Positions 20,331 through 30,225 of a DNA stretch of 64,000 nucleotides are shown here, piece after piece; the first letter of the stretch is position 1, and each line of letters opens with the position of its first letter. The stretch comes from Fidelibacterota bacterium (lineage in GTDB: Bacteria; Fidelibacterota; UBA2242), in contig JAUVYH010000001.1 in assembly GCA_030603165.1 (NCBI GenBank), forward strand, positions 4,837-68,836. The letters are read 5' to 3'. A model generated the notes under the pieces. That model saw nothing but the letters and a program-made list of their open reading frames with translations, had not been told where the DNA came from and ran no database searches. The position numbers and the translations under genes were made by a program.

Positions 20331-20758
20331 TGCTAATGGCTAGTTTAAAAAGTAAAACAGTAAATATTAAAAGCACCAAAAAAGAGTTAAGAAAGTTTGG
20401 CATTATTGTGGGATTTTTATTATTGTTAACAAGCGCTTTATTTTTCAAACTTCAAAAGCCGGGAAACGCATATTATTTAACCATTGGATTATTACTTATT
20501 ATTTCAGCTATTTTTTATCCAATGATTTTAAAGGTGTTTTATAAAATATGGATGACTTTTAGTAATGTTTTTGGGTGGATAATGACTCGTGTCATTCTCT
20601 TTTTATTTTATTTTATTATTTTTACGCCTATCGCAATAATCCTTCGAATATTTGGGGAAAGGTTTCTCGATTTGAATATCAATAAAGAGTGTAATACGTA
20701 TTGGAATGATAAGTTAAAAGACAGGAAAAACACTACCGATTTGAAAAAACAGTTTTAG
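20330..20758 (+). CDS. SxtJ-like small membrane protein (co-operonic with carbamoyltransferase)
   Basis: 142 aa, 3-4 predicted TM helices; start overlaps the carbamoyltransferase stop. The position and size match the sxtI-sxtJ-sxtK arrangement. Confidence 0.45.
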   Translation: MLMASLKSKTVNIKSTKKELRKFGIIVGFLLLLTSALFFKLQKPGNAYYLTIGLLLIISAIFYPMILKVFYKIWMTFSNVFGWIMTRVILFLFYFIIFTPIAIILRIFGERFLDLNINKECNTYWNDKLKDRKNTTDLKKQF

Positions 20759-20789
20759 TACTCAGATCTGTTATTTAGGAAAGGAAAAT

Positions 20790-20948
20790 ATGAGCAAATT
20801 ATCAATTTTATATGAATTTTGGGAATTTATAAAAGTCAGAAAAAAGTGGTATCTATTTCCCATTATACTTTTTTTATTGTTATTAGGTGTCGTTATTGTA
20901 TTCTTTGAGGGATCAGCCCTAGCCCCTTTTATATATTCAATTTTTTAG
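20790..20948 (+). CDS. DUF5989/SxtK-like 52-aa membrane peptide (not in ORF track)
   Basis: Translation 'MSKLSILYEFWEFIKVRKKWYLFPIILFLLLLGVVIVFFEGSALAPFIYSIF'. The pattern '(F/L)W.F..(V)RKK(F/W).L.PII..LLL.G..IV...GSA.APFIY..F' matches how I recall DUF5989 proteins. 30 nt downstream of the SxtJ-like gene. Confidence 0.5.
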   Translation: MSKLSILYEFWEFIKVRKKWYLFPIILFLLLLGVVIVFFEGSALAPFIYSIF

Positions 20949-21090
20949 AACCCGTTATAAATGTTGTTAATTTATTAAATTAGGATATTGGTTTAATGTA
21001 TGATGTATAGTACAAATTATAAATAGTGGGTTAATGAACCGTGAATTCAATTCGTAAGTACTAATCAAGAGTTTTTAAGGAAGGGGGCAA

Positions 21091-21300
21091 GCCATCAAAC
21101 ATTATCAAAAATCTTTAGAAATATTCCCAAATTGGCCAGAAGTACTTGTTCATCTTGGAATTCTCTATAATGATCTGGACAGATATGCTGAAGCCATTAC
21201 CATTTAGTAACGGTTTATTCTTATATTAAACAATACAAAAAGGCAAAAAGCAAGCTGAAATAGACCTTGCGGATTGATCCGCAATTTCAGCCCGGTTTCA
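21091..21300 (+). pseudogene. Decayed TPR-repeat gene fragment
   Basis: Open frame 'AIKHYQKSLEIFPNWPEVLVHLGILYNDLDRYAEAITI*' followed by '..IDPQFQPGFKAIKS' in another frame. TPR consensus, no start, stops. Confidence 0.4.
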
Positions 21301-21325
21301 AAGCAATAAAGAGTTCAATTAAAAA

Positions 21326-21977
21326 GTGAGAAGGAATATTATCATGGAAAAGCTGAGAACGGACAAAGATTATGACAGTTTGCTGAAGAAAGGTTTTTAT
21401 CTCAGCAATTTTGTTATTGTGATGCTTTTCGTGCTAATTGTCCAGGTTTTTAAAACATATGCCCAAGTAGGCGATATCGCAAAGGTTCACGATCCCTCTA
21501 TCATCGAACAAAATGGCACCTATTATCTCTTTGTTTCCTTTGACTACTGCTGTCGAGGAGTGGAAAGTACATACAAAATTATAGTGGGACGGTCCTCTCA
21601 ACTTAACGGGTGGTATTATGACAAGAACGGTAAATCCATGCTGTCCGGAGGAGGCGCTCTTGTGCTTATGAGCCAAGGTCGATGGCATGGTCCAAGCTCC
21701 AACGCTGTTTTTGTAGAAAACGGCTCTTGCTCAAAACTATCCCAATCCATTTAATATGAAAACGACGATAACCTATCGGTTACCCCAAGCAGCTAATGTC
21801 AATCTCTCCGTTTATAATGTAAGAGGAAGTGTAATAGCGATTCTGGCAAATGAACGGAAAAGCGAAGGTGTTCACAAAATAATATGGGATGGAAGCAACG
21901 TAAAATCAGATGTTTATTTCATAAGATTAGCGGCTGGAAGCTTCGGAGCAATTAAGAAAATTATTTTGATTAAATAG
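21326..21977 (+). pseudogene. Remnant GH43-like N-terminus plus T9SS C-terminal sorting domain, frameshifted and internally deleted
   Basis: 21326..21754 carries the GH43 N-terminal motif 'VHDPSIIEQNGTYYLFVS'. 21756..21977 (different frame) is a clean Por_Secre_tail 'LSVYNVRGSVIAIL...GVHKIIWDG...DVYFIRL..KKIILIK'. Combined length is far too short for a GH43 plus CTD protein. Confidence 0.55.
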
Positions 21978-22013
21978 ATTAGTAATCCTAAATTTAAAGA
22001 GTTAACAAAGGAG

Positions 22014-23192
22014 TTGAAAATGAAAAAAAAGACAGAATTCGTTTATTTTATAAGTGTATTTATCGCAATGTTAATTGCGATAAATTCTTGTCAGAAACAA
22101 TCGAGATCTGATAATAACAAAACTTCAGCAATGGAAGTCAAACTGGATGTTAAAAAGGAAGCTTTTTGGAAAAACCCGGAAGGTAAAAATGTAGATTTGT
22201 ATACTCTGACAAATTCCCAAGGTTTAAAAACTAAGATCATGACGTACGGAGCTACTGTGGTTTCGCTTGAGGTTCCCGATCGGAACGGCAAATTTGCTGA
22301 TGTTGCTCTCGGTTATGACACGCTTGAGGAATATGTAAAGGGAAACGCCTATTTTGGTGCGACCATAGGCAGGTATGCAAATCGTATTGCAAAGGGAAGG
22401 TTTACGCTGAATGGCGTCGAGTATAAATTAGCAACAAACGACGGAGAAAACCATTTACACGGTGGCAATAAAGGTTTTGATAAAGTAATCTGGGAAGGTG
22501 AGCCTTTTAAACGGGAAGGGGCTGTAGGTGTTAAGTTTACATATCTCAGCAAAGATGGAGAGGAAGGTTATCCTGGTAATCTTGCCTGTACTGTTATCTA
22601 TACTCTTACCGATAGCAATGAACTCAAGATTAGCTACGAGGCTGTAACTGATAAGCCCACTTCAATCAATTTTACTAACCATACTTATTTCAATCTTGCA
22701 GGACACGGGAATGGCGATATTCTGAATCATGAGCTTATGATTAATGCTGATAAGTTTACTCCTGTTGACGAAGAACTCATCCCGACAGGTGAAATTCAAA
22801 GTGTCAAAAATACACCAATGGATTTTACCCATCCGATGACCATAGGGAGTCGTATAGGAGAGGTTAAAGGTGGATACGATCACAATTACGTTATCAACAG
22901 TGGTGGTGACTTGCTAGCTCTGACAGCTCGGGTTTACGAACCTACCAGTGGGCGCATAATGGAGGTGTATACCACAGTGCCCGGAGTTCAGCTCTATAGT
23001 GGAAATTTCTTAAATGGTGCTTCTGGCAAGCAAGGTAAAATTTACTATAAACACTACGGATTTACCCTTGAGACCCAGCACTTTCCAGATTCGCCTAATA
23101 GACCCAATTTTCCATCAACTATTCTTAATCCGGGTGAGAAATATATCCACCTCGATATTTATAAATTTGGGTCATCTCCAAATAAGTTGTAA
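22014..23192 (+). CDS. galM: Aldose 1-epimerase (galactose mutarotase-like) lipoprotein
   Basis: 'GATIGRYANRIAKGRFTLNGVEYKLATNDGENHLHGG', 'FTLETQHFPDSPNRPNF'; lipobox 'INSC'; 392 aa. Confidence 0.85.
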   Translation: MKMKKKTEFVYFISVFIAMLIAINSCQKQSRSDNNKTSAMEVKLDVKKEAFWKNPEGKNVDLYTLTNSQGLKTKIMTYGATVVSLEVPDRNGKFADVALGYDTLEEYVKGNAYFGATIGRYANRIAKGRFTLNGVEYKLATNDGENHLHGGNKGFDKVIWEGEPFKREGAVGVKFTYLSKDGEEGYPGNLACTVIYTLTDSNELKISYEAVTDKPTSINFTNHTYFNLAGHGNGDILNHELMINADKFTPVDEELIPTGEIQSVKNTPMDFTHPMTIGSRIGEVKGGYDHNYVINSGGDLLALTARVYEPTSGRIMEVYTTVPGVQLYSGNFLNGASGKQGKIYYKHYGFTLETQHFPDSPNRPNFPSTILNPGEKYIHLDIYKFGSSPNKL

Positions 23193-23514
23193 GAATGAAT
23201 CGTACGAATTTCCCTTTGGCAACAGGAATAAATTGGCAAGTATCACCTATTTGGTTGCATCGTAACCATTTCTCAACTGTTCATCCTGAAAATCCCCCGG
23301 ATTATGCTTTTGAAGCCAATCAAATAGGCAGTTGCTTCTAACCTTGGATTGTTTCTCAAGTAATGCTTTAATCTTCGGTCATACGTCTTTAAGAGGGCAC
23401 TGCCGGGTTCGCCAATGCCTGTCTCGCACATTATTTAGTGTCTGTCTATAAACTTGAAAAACTGATGAATCAGTTAAAGATTATTAATGGCTACTTTCAC
23501 CTGAATAAATTCAG

Positions 23515-23805
23515 GTGTTATCTCAATATCTTGATAATATTACAGTTGAGGCAACACCATCCCGAAAAGTCGGGATTATGGTGATAAAAATATTCTTTGT
23601 ATCAAATAACCACTTCAGTGGTTTATACTTTATGGACAGACTCTATTTAGTCCAAAGTGTATCGAATATATCGGTCACCCAAATAGAAATGATAATAAAG
23701 AGTATTACGGCGCGAGAAATATTTAAAAGACATCCGGGAGTAAAGCGATTCTTAAGGGGGCGGGAACTTTTGGACAAGTGGCTATTATTCCCATACGGTT
23801 GGTAG
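23515..23805 (+). pseudogene. IS200/IS605-family TnpA (Y1 transposase) remnant
   Basis: C-terminal 'VSNISVTQIEMIIKSITAREIFKRHPGVKRFLRGRELLDKWLLFPYG' aligns to the IS200 TnpA C-terminus (..SVSEVVKRLKGISAREIFKKFP.LKKRLWGGHLWS.SYF). The HuH region is degenerate (DRLYLV). Confidence 0.5.
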
Positions 23806-24139
23806 ATATGAGATCGAGGGCAGTTAAAGTTATTCGAAGGTTTGTCATAGTTGAGGTGTACCCCTGAGGCTTGTGTCGGGGGTAGCTCATTATATCCTAA
23901 CCTGGATAAACCGGAATTTCAAATTGCAAATATCAAATTCTCTTTAGAATAGTTTGAATAATGAACAAGGAACATCGATTTTCGAATAATGAATTTTACT
24001 TCTTCCGCAAGGAATGCCTTTGGCAAAAAATCAACATTCAGCATTCCTTGTTCGATATTCAATATTCATTATGTGTCTTTTTACCGTCGAGAACTCCAGA
24101 TATTCTTTACAAAAAAACAAGAATTTGGGAATTAAGAGA

Positions 24140-25645
24140 CTAAGAATAGCTGACAGTATTCCAGCGGATTTCTTTCTTGAATTCGGACATTTTGGTTGAA
24201 TCGTCAATTTGAAGCAATTCAATGCCTGCGATTTCAGCGAAGTCCTCAATATATTCGGCAGTTAACGCCTGACTAAATCCGGAATGATGCGCTCCGCCTG
24301 CCAATATCCAGCTTTCTGCGGCGATTTCAAGATCGGGTTTAGGAATCCAGACTGCCCGTGCTACCGGTAATTTCGGTAACTCTTCATCCGGTAAAACGAC
24401 GTCAACTTCATTGAGGATCATTCTGAAGCGATTTCCCAGATCGATCAGCGATACGTTCAAAGCCGGTCCGGCAGGAACATTAAATACCAGGCGCGGCGGG
24501 TCGTCTTTTCCGCCGATTGATAACGGATGGACTTCTAATCCGGGTTTGCCGGCTGTGATGGATTCGCATACTTCAAGCATGTGTGCGCCGAGCACTTTCA
24601 TACCTGACGGATCCAGATGATATGTATAATCTTCCATAAAAGAAGCGCCGCCATTTAAGCCAACCGACATTATTTTCATTGCTCGCACCAAAGCCGCTGT
24701 TTTCCAGTCGCCTTCAGCTCCAAATCCGTAACCGTCCGCCATCAATCGCTGGACGGCTAATCCGGGCAGCTGTTTTAATCCATGCAAGTCCTCGAATGTC
24801 GTCGTGAATCCGGTAAAGTTTCCATCCTCAAGAAATTGCCTTATCCCGAGTTCAATCCGTGCCGCTTCACGCAAATCGGAATGTTTACTGCCGCCGATGG
24901 CAGCCTCAGCCGCAATAATATATCTATCTTGATATTCACTAATCAGAGTATCTATTTCTTTGTCGGTTATGGTGGTTACATATTTTACCAAATCACCGAC
25001 ACCGAACCCGTTTACCGAATAACCCAATCGTAGTTGCGCTTCGACTTTGTCGCCTTCGGTAACGGCTACTTCGCGCATGTTATCGCCAAATCGTGCAATT
25101 TTGCCGCCTTGGGCGTCCTGCCAGGCAAAGGCGGCTCGCATCCAAATCGCCAATTTATTTTGAACTTTCTCATCTTTCCAATATCCGACGATGACTTTCC
25201 GGGATTTTTTCATTCTGGTACAAATGAATCCGAACTCCCGTCCGCCGTGGGCTGACTGATTCAGGTTCATAAAATCCATATCGATCTTCGACCAGGGTAT
25301 ATCCCGGTTATATTGGGTGTGCAGATGAACAAAGGGTTTTTGAAGCACCTTTAATCCGGCAATCCACATTTTAGCCGGCGAGAAAGTATGCATCCAGGTG
25401 ATAAGACCAATGCATGTTTTCGAATTGTTTGCCTCAAGCATCAAATCATAGATGGAATCGGGTGTCGTGAGTACCGGTTTAAACACAACCTTTATTGGAA
25501 TATTCGGAGATTTGGATAGACCTTTGGCAATTTCTTTGGAATGTTCTGCTACCTCTAATAAAGTCTTTTCACCGTATAAATGCTGACTGCCGGTAATGAA
25601 CCATACTTCATAATTTTTTAATTTTTTCAATTTTTTATTCCTCAT
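24140..25645 (-). CDS. araA: L-arabinose isomerase
   Basis: '[15 protein letters not shown]...' N-terminus and 501-aa length match AraA (E. coli 'NYEVWFVIGSQHLYG'). Confidence 0.9.
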   Translation of the reverse strand: MRNKKLKKLKNYEVWFITGSQHLYGEKTLLEVAEHSKEIAKGLSKSPNIPIKVVFKPVLTTPDSIYDLMLEANNSKTCIGLITWMHTFSPAKMWIAGLKVLQKPFVHLHTQYNRDIPWSKIDMDFMNLNQSAHGGREFGFICTRMKKSRKVIVGYWKDEKVQNKLAIWMRAAFAWQDAQGGKIARFGDNMREVAVTEGDKVEAQLRLGYSVNGFGVGDLVKYVTTITDKEIDTLISEYQDRYIIAAEAAIGGSKHSDLREAARIELGIRQFLEDGNFTGFTTTFEDLHGLKQLPGLAVQRLMADGYGFGAEGDWKTAALVRAMKIMSVGLNGGASFMEDYTYHLDPSGMKVLGAHMLEVCESITAGKPGLEVHPLSIGGKDDPPRLVFNVPAGPALNVSLIDLGNRFRMILNEVDVVLPDEELPKLPVARAVWIPKPDLEIAAESWILAGGAHHSGFSQALTAEYIEDFAEIAGIELLQIDDSTKMSEFKKEIRWNTVSYS

Positions 25646-25690
25646 ATTAAAAAGATTTTTATTTTACAAATGGAACAAAAGTTTAAAAGA

Positions 25691-26380
25691 TTACTTTTGA
25701 CCGTAATAGGCATCGGGTCCGTGTTTCCTTGAGTAGTGCTTTTTCAGAATGTATTTTGGTATTTCCTCAATATCTTTATTTAGCAACAGACTGTTTAGCG
25801 CCATTTTAGCAACCCGTTCAAGGACAAGACTGTTTTTTACCGAATCCCGGGGATCTTTGCCCCAGGTAAAAGGAGCATGTCCGGCAACAAGCACTCCGGG
25901 CATGTCGTTGGGAATTAAATTGGCGAATCGTTCAATAATAACCTGACCCGTATAGTGCTCGTAATTTTTGATTGTTTCTTCTTCAGTCAAAAATCGTGTT
26001 ACCGGAATGCGACCATCAAAATGGTCTGCGTGGGTTGTACCATAACAGGGAATTTCCCTGCACGCCTGTGCAAAGGCAGTTGCATATTCGCTATGACTAT
26101 GCGCTATACCGCCGATTTTTGTAAATTTTTCATATAAAGTTAAATGAGTAGGAGTATCTGACGATGGACGCCATTTACCCTCCACCAGTTTACCATCAAT
26201 ATCGACTGTAACCATATCATTGACTGTCATTTTCTCGTAATCGATACCGCTGGGCTTAATGACGATCAGACCTTCGGCGCGGTTAATTCCACTGACATTA
26301 CCCCAGGTTAATGTAACCAGTCCGTATTTGACCAGTTCAAGATTGGCTTTAAATACTTCGGTTTTCAGAGCTTCTAACAT
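25691..26380 (-). CDS. araD: L-ribulose-5-phosphate 4-epimerase (class II aldolase fold)
   Basis: 229 aa; 'GLVTLTWGNVSGI', 'IAHSHSEYATAF', 'HADHFDGRIPV' metal-binding His pattern of AraD. Confidence 0.85.
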   Translation of the reverse strand: MLEALKTEVFKANLELVKYGLVTLTWGNVSGINRAEGLIVIKPSGIDYEKMTVNDMVTVDIDGKLVEGKWRPSSDTPTHLTLYEKFTKIGGIAHSHSEYATAFAQACREIPCYGTTHADHFDGRIPVTRFLTEEETIKNYEHYTGQVIIERFANLIPNDMPGVLVAGHAPFTWGKDPRDSVKNSLVLERVAKMALNSLLLNKDIEEIPKYILKKHYSRKHGPDAYYGQK

Positions 26381-28080
26381 TATTTATCCTTTCGAACCCT
26401 GTCTCGGATATTTAACAGAGTTTTCATAATATTATACATATTACCCGACCATCCTGCGGTACCGAATCCATCGTGCAATTGTTTATATAAATGATATAAC
26501 TCTTTATAAACTTTATGGTTTTCTGCAATCGGTTGATAAACTATATCTGAGCCGGTCATAGCTTTCTGCGCATCCGCAATACCGGAAAATCCACTAACAT
26601 CCTTACCTGCTGCAACAGCAGCAAATATCGCTGCGCCCAACGCGGGGGTCTGTTCACTCCTTGATACTTTCATAGGGCGCCCGGTGATATCGGCATAAAT
26701 CTGCATTAGTAAAGGATTCTTCGCTGCCAACCCGCCGCAATTCATTACCTCGCGAACGGGTACTCCATTATTCTCGATTCTGTCTATAATTGCAAGTGCA
26801 CCGAATGCAGTTGCCTCTACCAGAGTGCGGTATATTTCATGCGCTTGAGTATGCAGAGTCTGACCGAGCAGTAAACCGGTAAGCCTGACATCCACCAGGA
26901 TGGTTCTGTTGCCGTTATTCCAATCCAGTGCAAGCAAGCCGCTCTCACCGGGTTTTAGTTTTGCTGCTTCGATCTCCAGATTCTTAAATTTATCTTCATT
27001 GGTTTTTCCATAGGATTCTGGAACCAAATTATTTACAAACCACAAAAAGATGTCGCCGACAGCGGACTGTCCCGCTTCGATTCCAAAAAATCCACCCATT
27101 ACAGATCCGTCCACAATTCCGCAAACACCGGGAATATCTTCTAATTTTGAATCATTTGGCCAGATCATAATATCGCATGTACTGGTTCCGAGGATTTTTA
27201 CAAGCGTGCCCATTGAAATACCGGCGCCGACTGCGCCCATGTGTGCATCGAAGGCTCCTACAGCGATAGCAACATTCGTTGAAAGTCCCAATTTTGACGC
27301 CCACTTATCGGAGAGGGTTCCTATTTTTTCTTCAGCCGGATAGGCGTTACTGTATAATCGCTGATGCATCTCGGCGAGTTTGGGGGACAGCTCTTTTAGA
27401 AAAACCTCATCAGGTAAACCGCCCCACTTATCATTGAACATTGCCTTATGTCCCGCGGCGCATATACTCCGTTTTATTTGGCGAGGGTTCATTTCACCGG
27501 TTAATATGGCAGGAATCCAATCACAGATTTCAACAAAACTGTAAGTCTCGTTAAAAACTTCAGAGTCTTCTTTTTGCAGATGCCAAAGTTTACTCCAGAA
27601 CCATTCTGATGAGTACACTCCGCCAATTTTAGCCAGGTATTGCGGACGAATTTTACTTGCAAGTCCGGTGATTTTCTGTGCTTCTTCGTAACCGGTATGA
27701 TCCTTCCACAGCCAAACCATTGCGGATGGATTGGCACTAAACTTTTTATGGAAACATAAGGGACATCCATCTTTATCGACCGGTAAGGGGCTACTGCCGG
27801 TTGTATCGACACCAATACCGATTATGTTTTTGGGAGAAAAGTCCGGCTCATTCTCCGAGGCTATTTTAATTCCCTCTTTTATCGTTACTTCAATACCTTG
27901 TATGTAATCAGCAGGATTCTGTCTTGCCAGATTAGGGTTTGCCGGATCAATGATGACGCCTGCTTCACCCGATGGATAATTATAGACAGAACCGGCAAGT
28001 TCTCTTCCATTCGATATATCGACGATAAGCGACCGGCAGGAATTAGTTCCGAAATCCAATCCAATTGCGATTTTATTCAT
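26380..28080 (-). CDS. araB: Ribulokinase (FGGY carbohydrate kinase)
   Basis: 'IAIGLDFGTNSCRSLIVD' FGGY N-terminus; 566 aa typical of AraB; ATGA overlap with araD. Confidence 0.85.
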   Translation of the reverse strand: MNKIAIGLDFGTNSCRSLIVDISNGRELAGSVYNYPSGEAGVIIDPANPNLARQNPADYIQGIEVTIKEGIKIASENEPDFSPKNIIGIGVDTTGSSPLPVDKDGCPLCFHKKFSANPSAMVWLWKDHTGYEEAQKITGLASKIRPQYLAKIGGVYSSEWFWSKLWHLQKEDSEVFNETYSFVEICDWIPAILTGEMNPRQIKRSICAAGHKAMFNDKWGGLPDEVFLKELSPKLAEMHQRLYSNAYPAEEKIGTLSDKWASKLGLSTNVAIAVGAFDAHMGAVGAGISMGTLVKILGTSTCDIMIWPNDSKLEDIPGVCGIVDGSVMGGFFGIEAGQSAVGDIFLWFVNNLVPESYGKTNEDKFKNLEIEAAKLKPGESGLLALDWNNGNRTILVDVRLTGLLLGQTLHTQAHEIYRTLVEATAFGALAIIDRIENNGVPVREVMNCGGLAAKNPLLMQIYADITGRPMKVSRSEQTPALGAAIFAAVAAGKDVSGFSGIADAQKAMTGSDIVYQPIAENHKVYKELYHLYKQLHDGFGTAGWSGNMYNIMKTLLNIRDRVRKDK

Positions 28081-28114
28081 CTTTATCCTTTCGCTGGTTT
28101 ATTATTAAAATTCA

Positions 28115-29869
28115 TCAGCCGGTAAAAGAGAGGTATATCAGAACAATGATTGCCACCAATGACACTGATGTAACAACATCCCCAACAGACCAACTTGCCC
28201 GCGATTCTTTACGATGCGTATCTGTTACTGTACCGAAAGTTAAACCGCTTATTTTTTCGTATGAAGGAGCTTCAGTCATATAACTGACAACAATCATGAC
28301 TACTACCGATACAATAAAAATGACTAAACTGTAATACTGGAAAAATATATTGTTTATGATCCAAAGGAATGAACCGTGAGTATATTCAAAGTTATTAAAA
28401 AGTTTTACCGGAGTATCCACTGCCAACCTGAAGATACCGAGTGCAAAACCGGTTAATAAAGCAGATATACATCCTTTTGCATTCAAGCGTTTCCAAAATA
28501 CGCCTAAAAAGAATACCACAAATATCGGCGGAGCCAAGTAAGACTGTACGCCTTGCAGATAATCGTACAGACCTTTACTGCCCTTGATTACCGGTATCCA
28601 AATTAAACCGATTAAAACCATAACTGCTGTGGCAACCCGACCGATCCATACAAGTTTCTGCTGAGATGCTTCGGGTTTGAAGCGTGAATAAAAGTCCATT
28701 GTGAATAGGGTTGATGAAGCATTGAAAACACCGGCAAGTGAGCTCATTAATGCTGCGAGTAAACCGGCAACTACAATTCCTCTAACACCGATGGGAAGAA
28801 TGTATGCAACTAATAAAGGAAAAGCACGTTGTGCATTTTCTCTGATTAGTTCCCCATCCGGGCCGATTAATTGTTGCTGAATTTCCGGTGATATTCCGCT
28901 GCTTGCCAGTGCGAATGTAATCATACCGGGAATGATGAAAATAAATACGGGCAATAACTTCAGAAATCCGGCGGCAATCGAACCACGCCGGGCTTCTTTT
29001 TCGTTCAGAGCTCCTAATGCTCTCTGAACGATATACTGGTCGGTCGTCCAATACCACAAACCTATAATAGGAGCGCAGAAGAGCATACCCAGCCATGGAT
29101 AATTATCGTTGAAGTACCAGGCCATCCTGCTGGTTTCAAGTACCGGAGCCCAGGTACTTTCAATTCCAGCGGGTGTCAGAGGTTTCCACAAATTGAACAT
29201 TTCAGAACCGACGATTTCACGTAGTGCGCTCCAGCCGCCTAAAGCATGAAGACCAAAAATGGTAACAAGAATTGAACCGAATATTAAGATGATTGTCTGC
29301 AGCGCTTCGGTGTAAACAACAGCACGCAAACCGCCAAGAATGGTATACAAACCGGTTAACACAATCACCAGAATTGAACCGAGCCAGAAACTGTCTAATC
29401 CCCACAGACTCATATCGGGCAGAAGTACACTGAAGACGATTCCACCGGCAAAAATACCTACGGCAATTTTTGTCAACACATAAGCAACAAGGGAAATAGC
29501 CGAGAGTATTGTTCGGGCGGAAGGTGAAAAGCGTCTTTCCAGAAATTCCGGCATCGTAAATACCTTTGAGCGCATATAAAACGGAACCATTACCCATCCA
29601 AGCACGAGCAGACACCAGGCATGCAGTTCATAGTGCGCCATGGCAACACCGTCTGTTGCTCCGGAACCTGCTAAACCGACCAAGTGCTCAGAGCCAATGT
29701 TTGAAGCAAAAATGGAAGCACCTACAATGAACCATCCCAAATGTCTCCCTGCCAGAAAATAATCGGTTGATGTGTTTTGTTTTTGCTTTATTACCCACCA
29801 GGCAAGCCCGAGAATGATAACAAAATAGCCTACAACAATAATCCAGTCTAATGGTTGAAGTGTCGTCAT
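28115..29869 (-). CDS. Sodium:solute symporter (SSS/SGLT family), probable arabinose/pentose transporter
   Basis: 584 aa, ~13-14 TM helices; 'YFLAGRHLGWFIVGASIFASNIGSEHLVGLAGSG' is the SSS family signature region; first gene of the araBDA operon. Confidence 0.8.
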   Translation of the reverse strand: MTTLQPLDWIIVVGYFVIILGLAWWVIKQKQNTSTDYFLAGRHLGWFIVGASIFASNIGSEHLVGLAGSGATDGVAMAHYELHAWCLLVLGWVMVPFYMRSKVFTMPEFLERRFSPSARTILSAISLVAYVLTKIAVGIFAGGIVFSVLLPDMSLWGLDSFWLGSILVIVLTGLYTILGGLRAVVYTEALQTIILIFGSILVTIFGLHALGGWSALREIVGSEMFNLWKPLTPAGIESTWAPVLETSRMAWYFNDNYPWLGMLFCAPIIGLWYWTTDQYIVQRALGALNEKEARRGSIAAGFLKLLPVFIFIIPGMITFALASSGISPEIQQQLIGPDGELIRENAQRAFPLLVAYILPIGVRGIVVAGLLAALMSSLAGVFNASSTLFTMDFYSRFKPEASQQKLVWIGRVATAVMVLIGLIWIPVIKGSKGLYDYLQGVQSYLAPPIFVVFFLGVFWKRLNAKGCISALLTGFALGIFRLAVDTPVKLFNNFEYTHGSFLWIINNIFFQYYSLVIFIVSVVVMIVVSYMTEAPSYEKISGLTFGTVTDTHRKESRASWSVGDVVTSVSLVAIIVLIYLSFTG

Positions 29870-30225
29870 TATTCTATCCCTCTATTGGTAAAAATTATTT
29901 CCTTATCTCCGTGAAAACTGGTAAATCCTTGTTTTCTTATACTCTTCATCCGGTTTTAAAACTACCGAAGGAAAGTCTGGTTTATTTAGCAAACCGAACT
30001 ATCATTCAGTTGTTCAGCCAATCAGACCGTTTTGAAAAAAACTTTTGTCCCTTCACACGGATGGTTTTCACCGTCATTGATGATAAGATGATGTTCCTTT
30101 ACGTCTATGCTGAATTTTCCTTTGCCGATCCGGTTTCCGTATCTGCCTGCACTGGTACGCGACATCATTTAACCAATTCTTTCAATTCTAAGTAAATCAT
30201 TTCTACTTATTCTCCCCATATCCGG

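Noticed and set aside
23860-23900. tRNA-like 5' stretch 'gggggtagctca'
   Set aside because: No D-loop/T-loop consensus (GTTCRA) follows; not a tRNA. At most a fragment.
29851-30195. 114-aa plus-strand ORF in the ara operon promoter region
   Set aside because: No RBS, no homology, overlaps the probable promoter/leader of the minus-strand SSS-araBDA operon.
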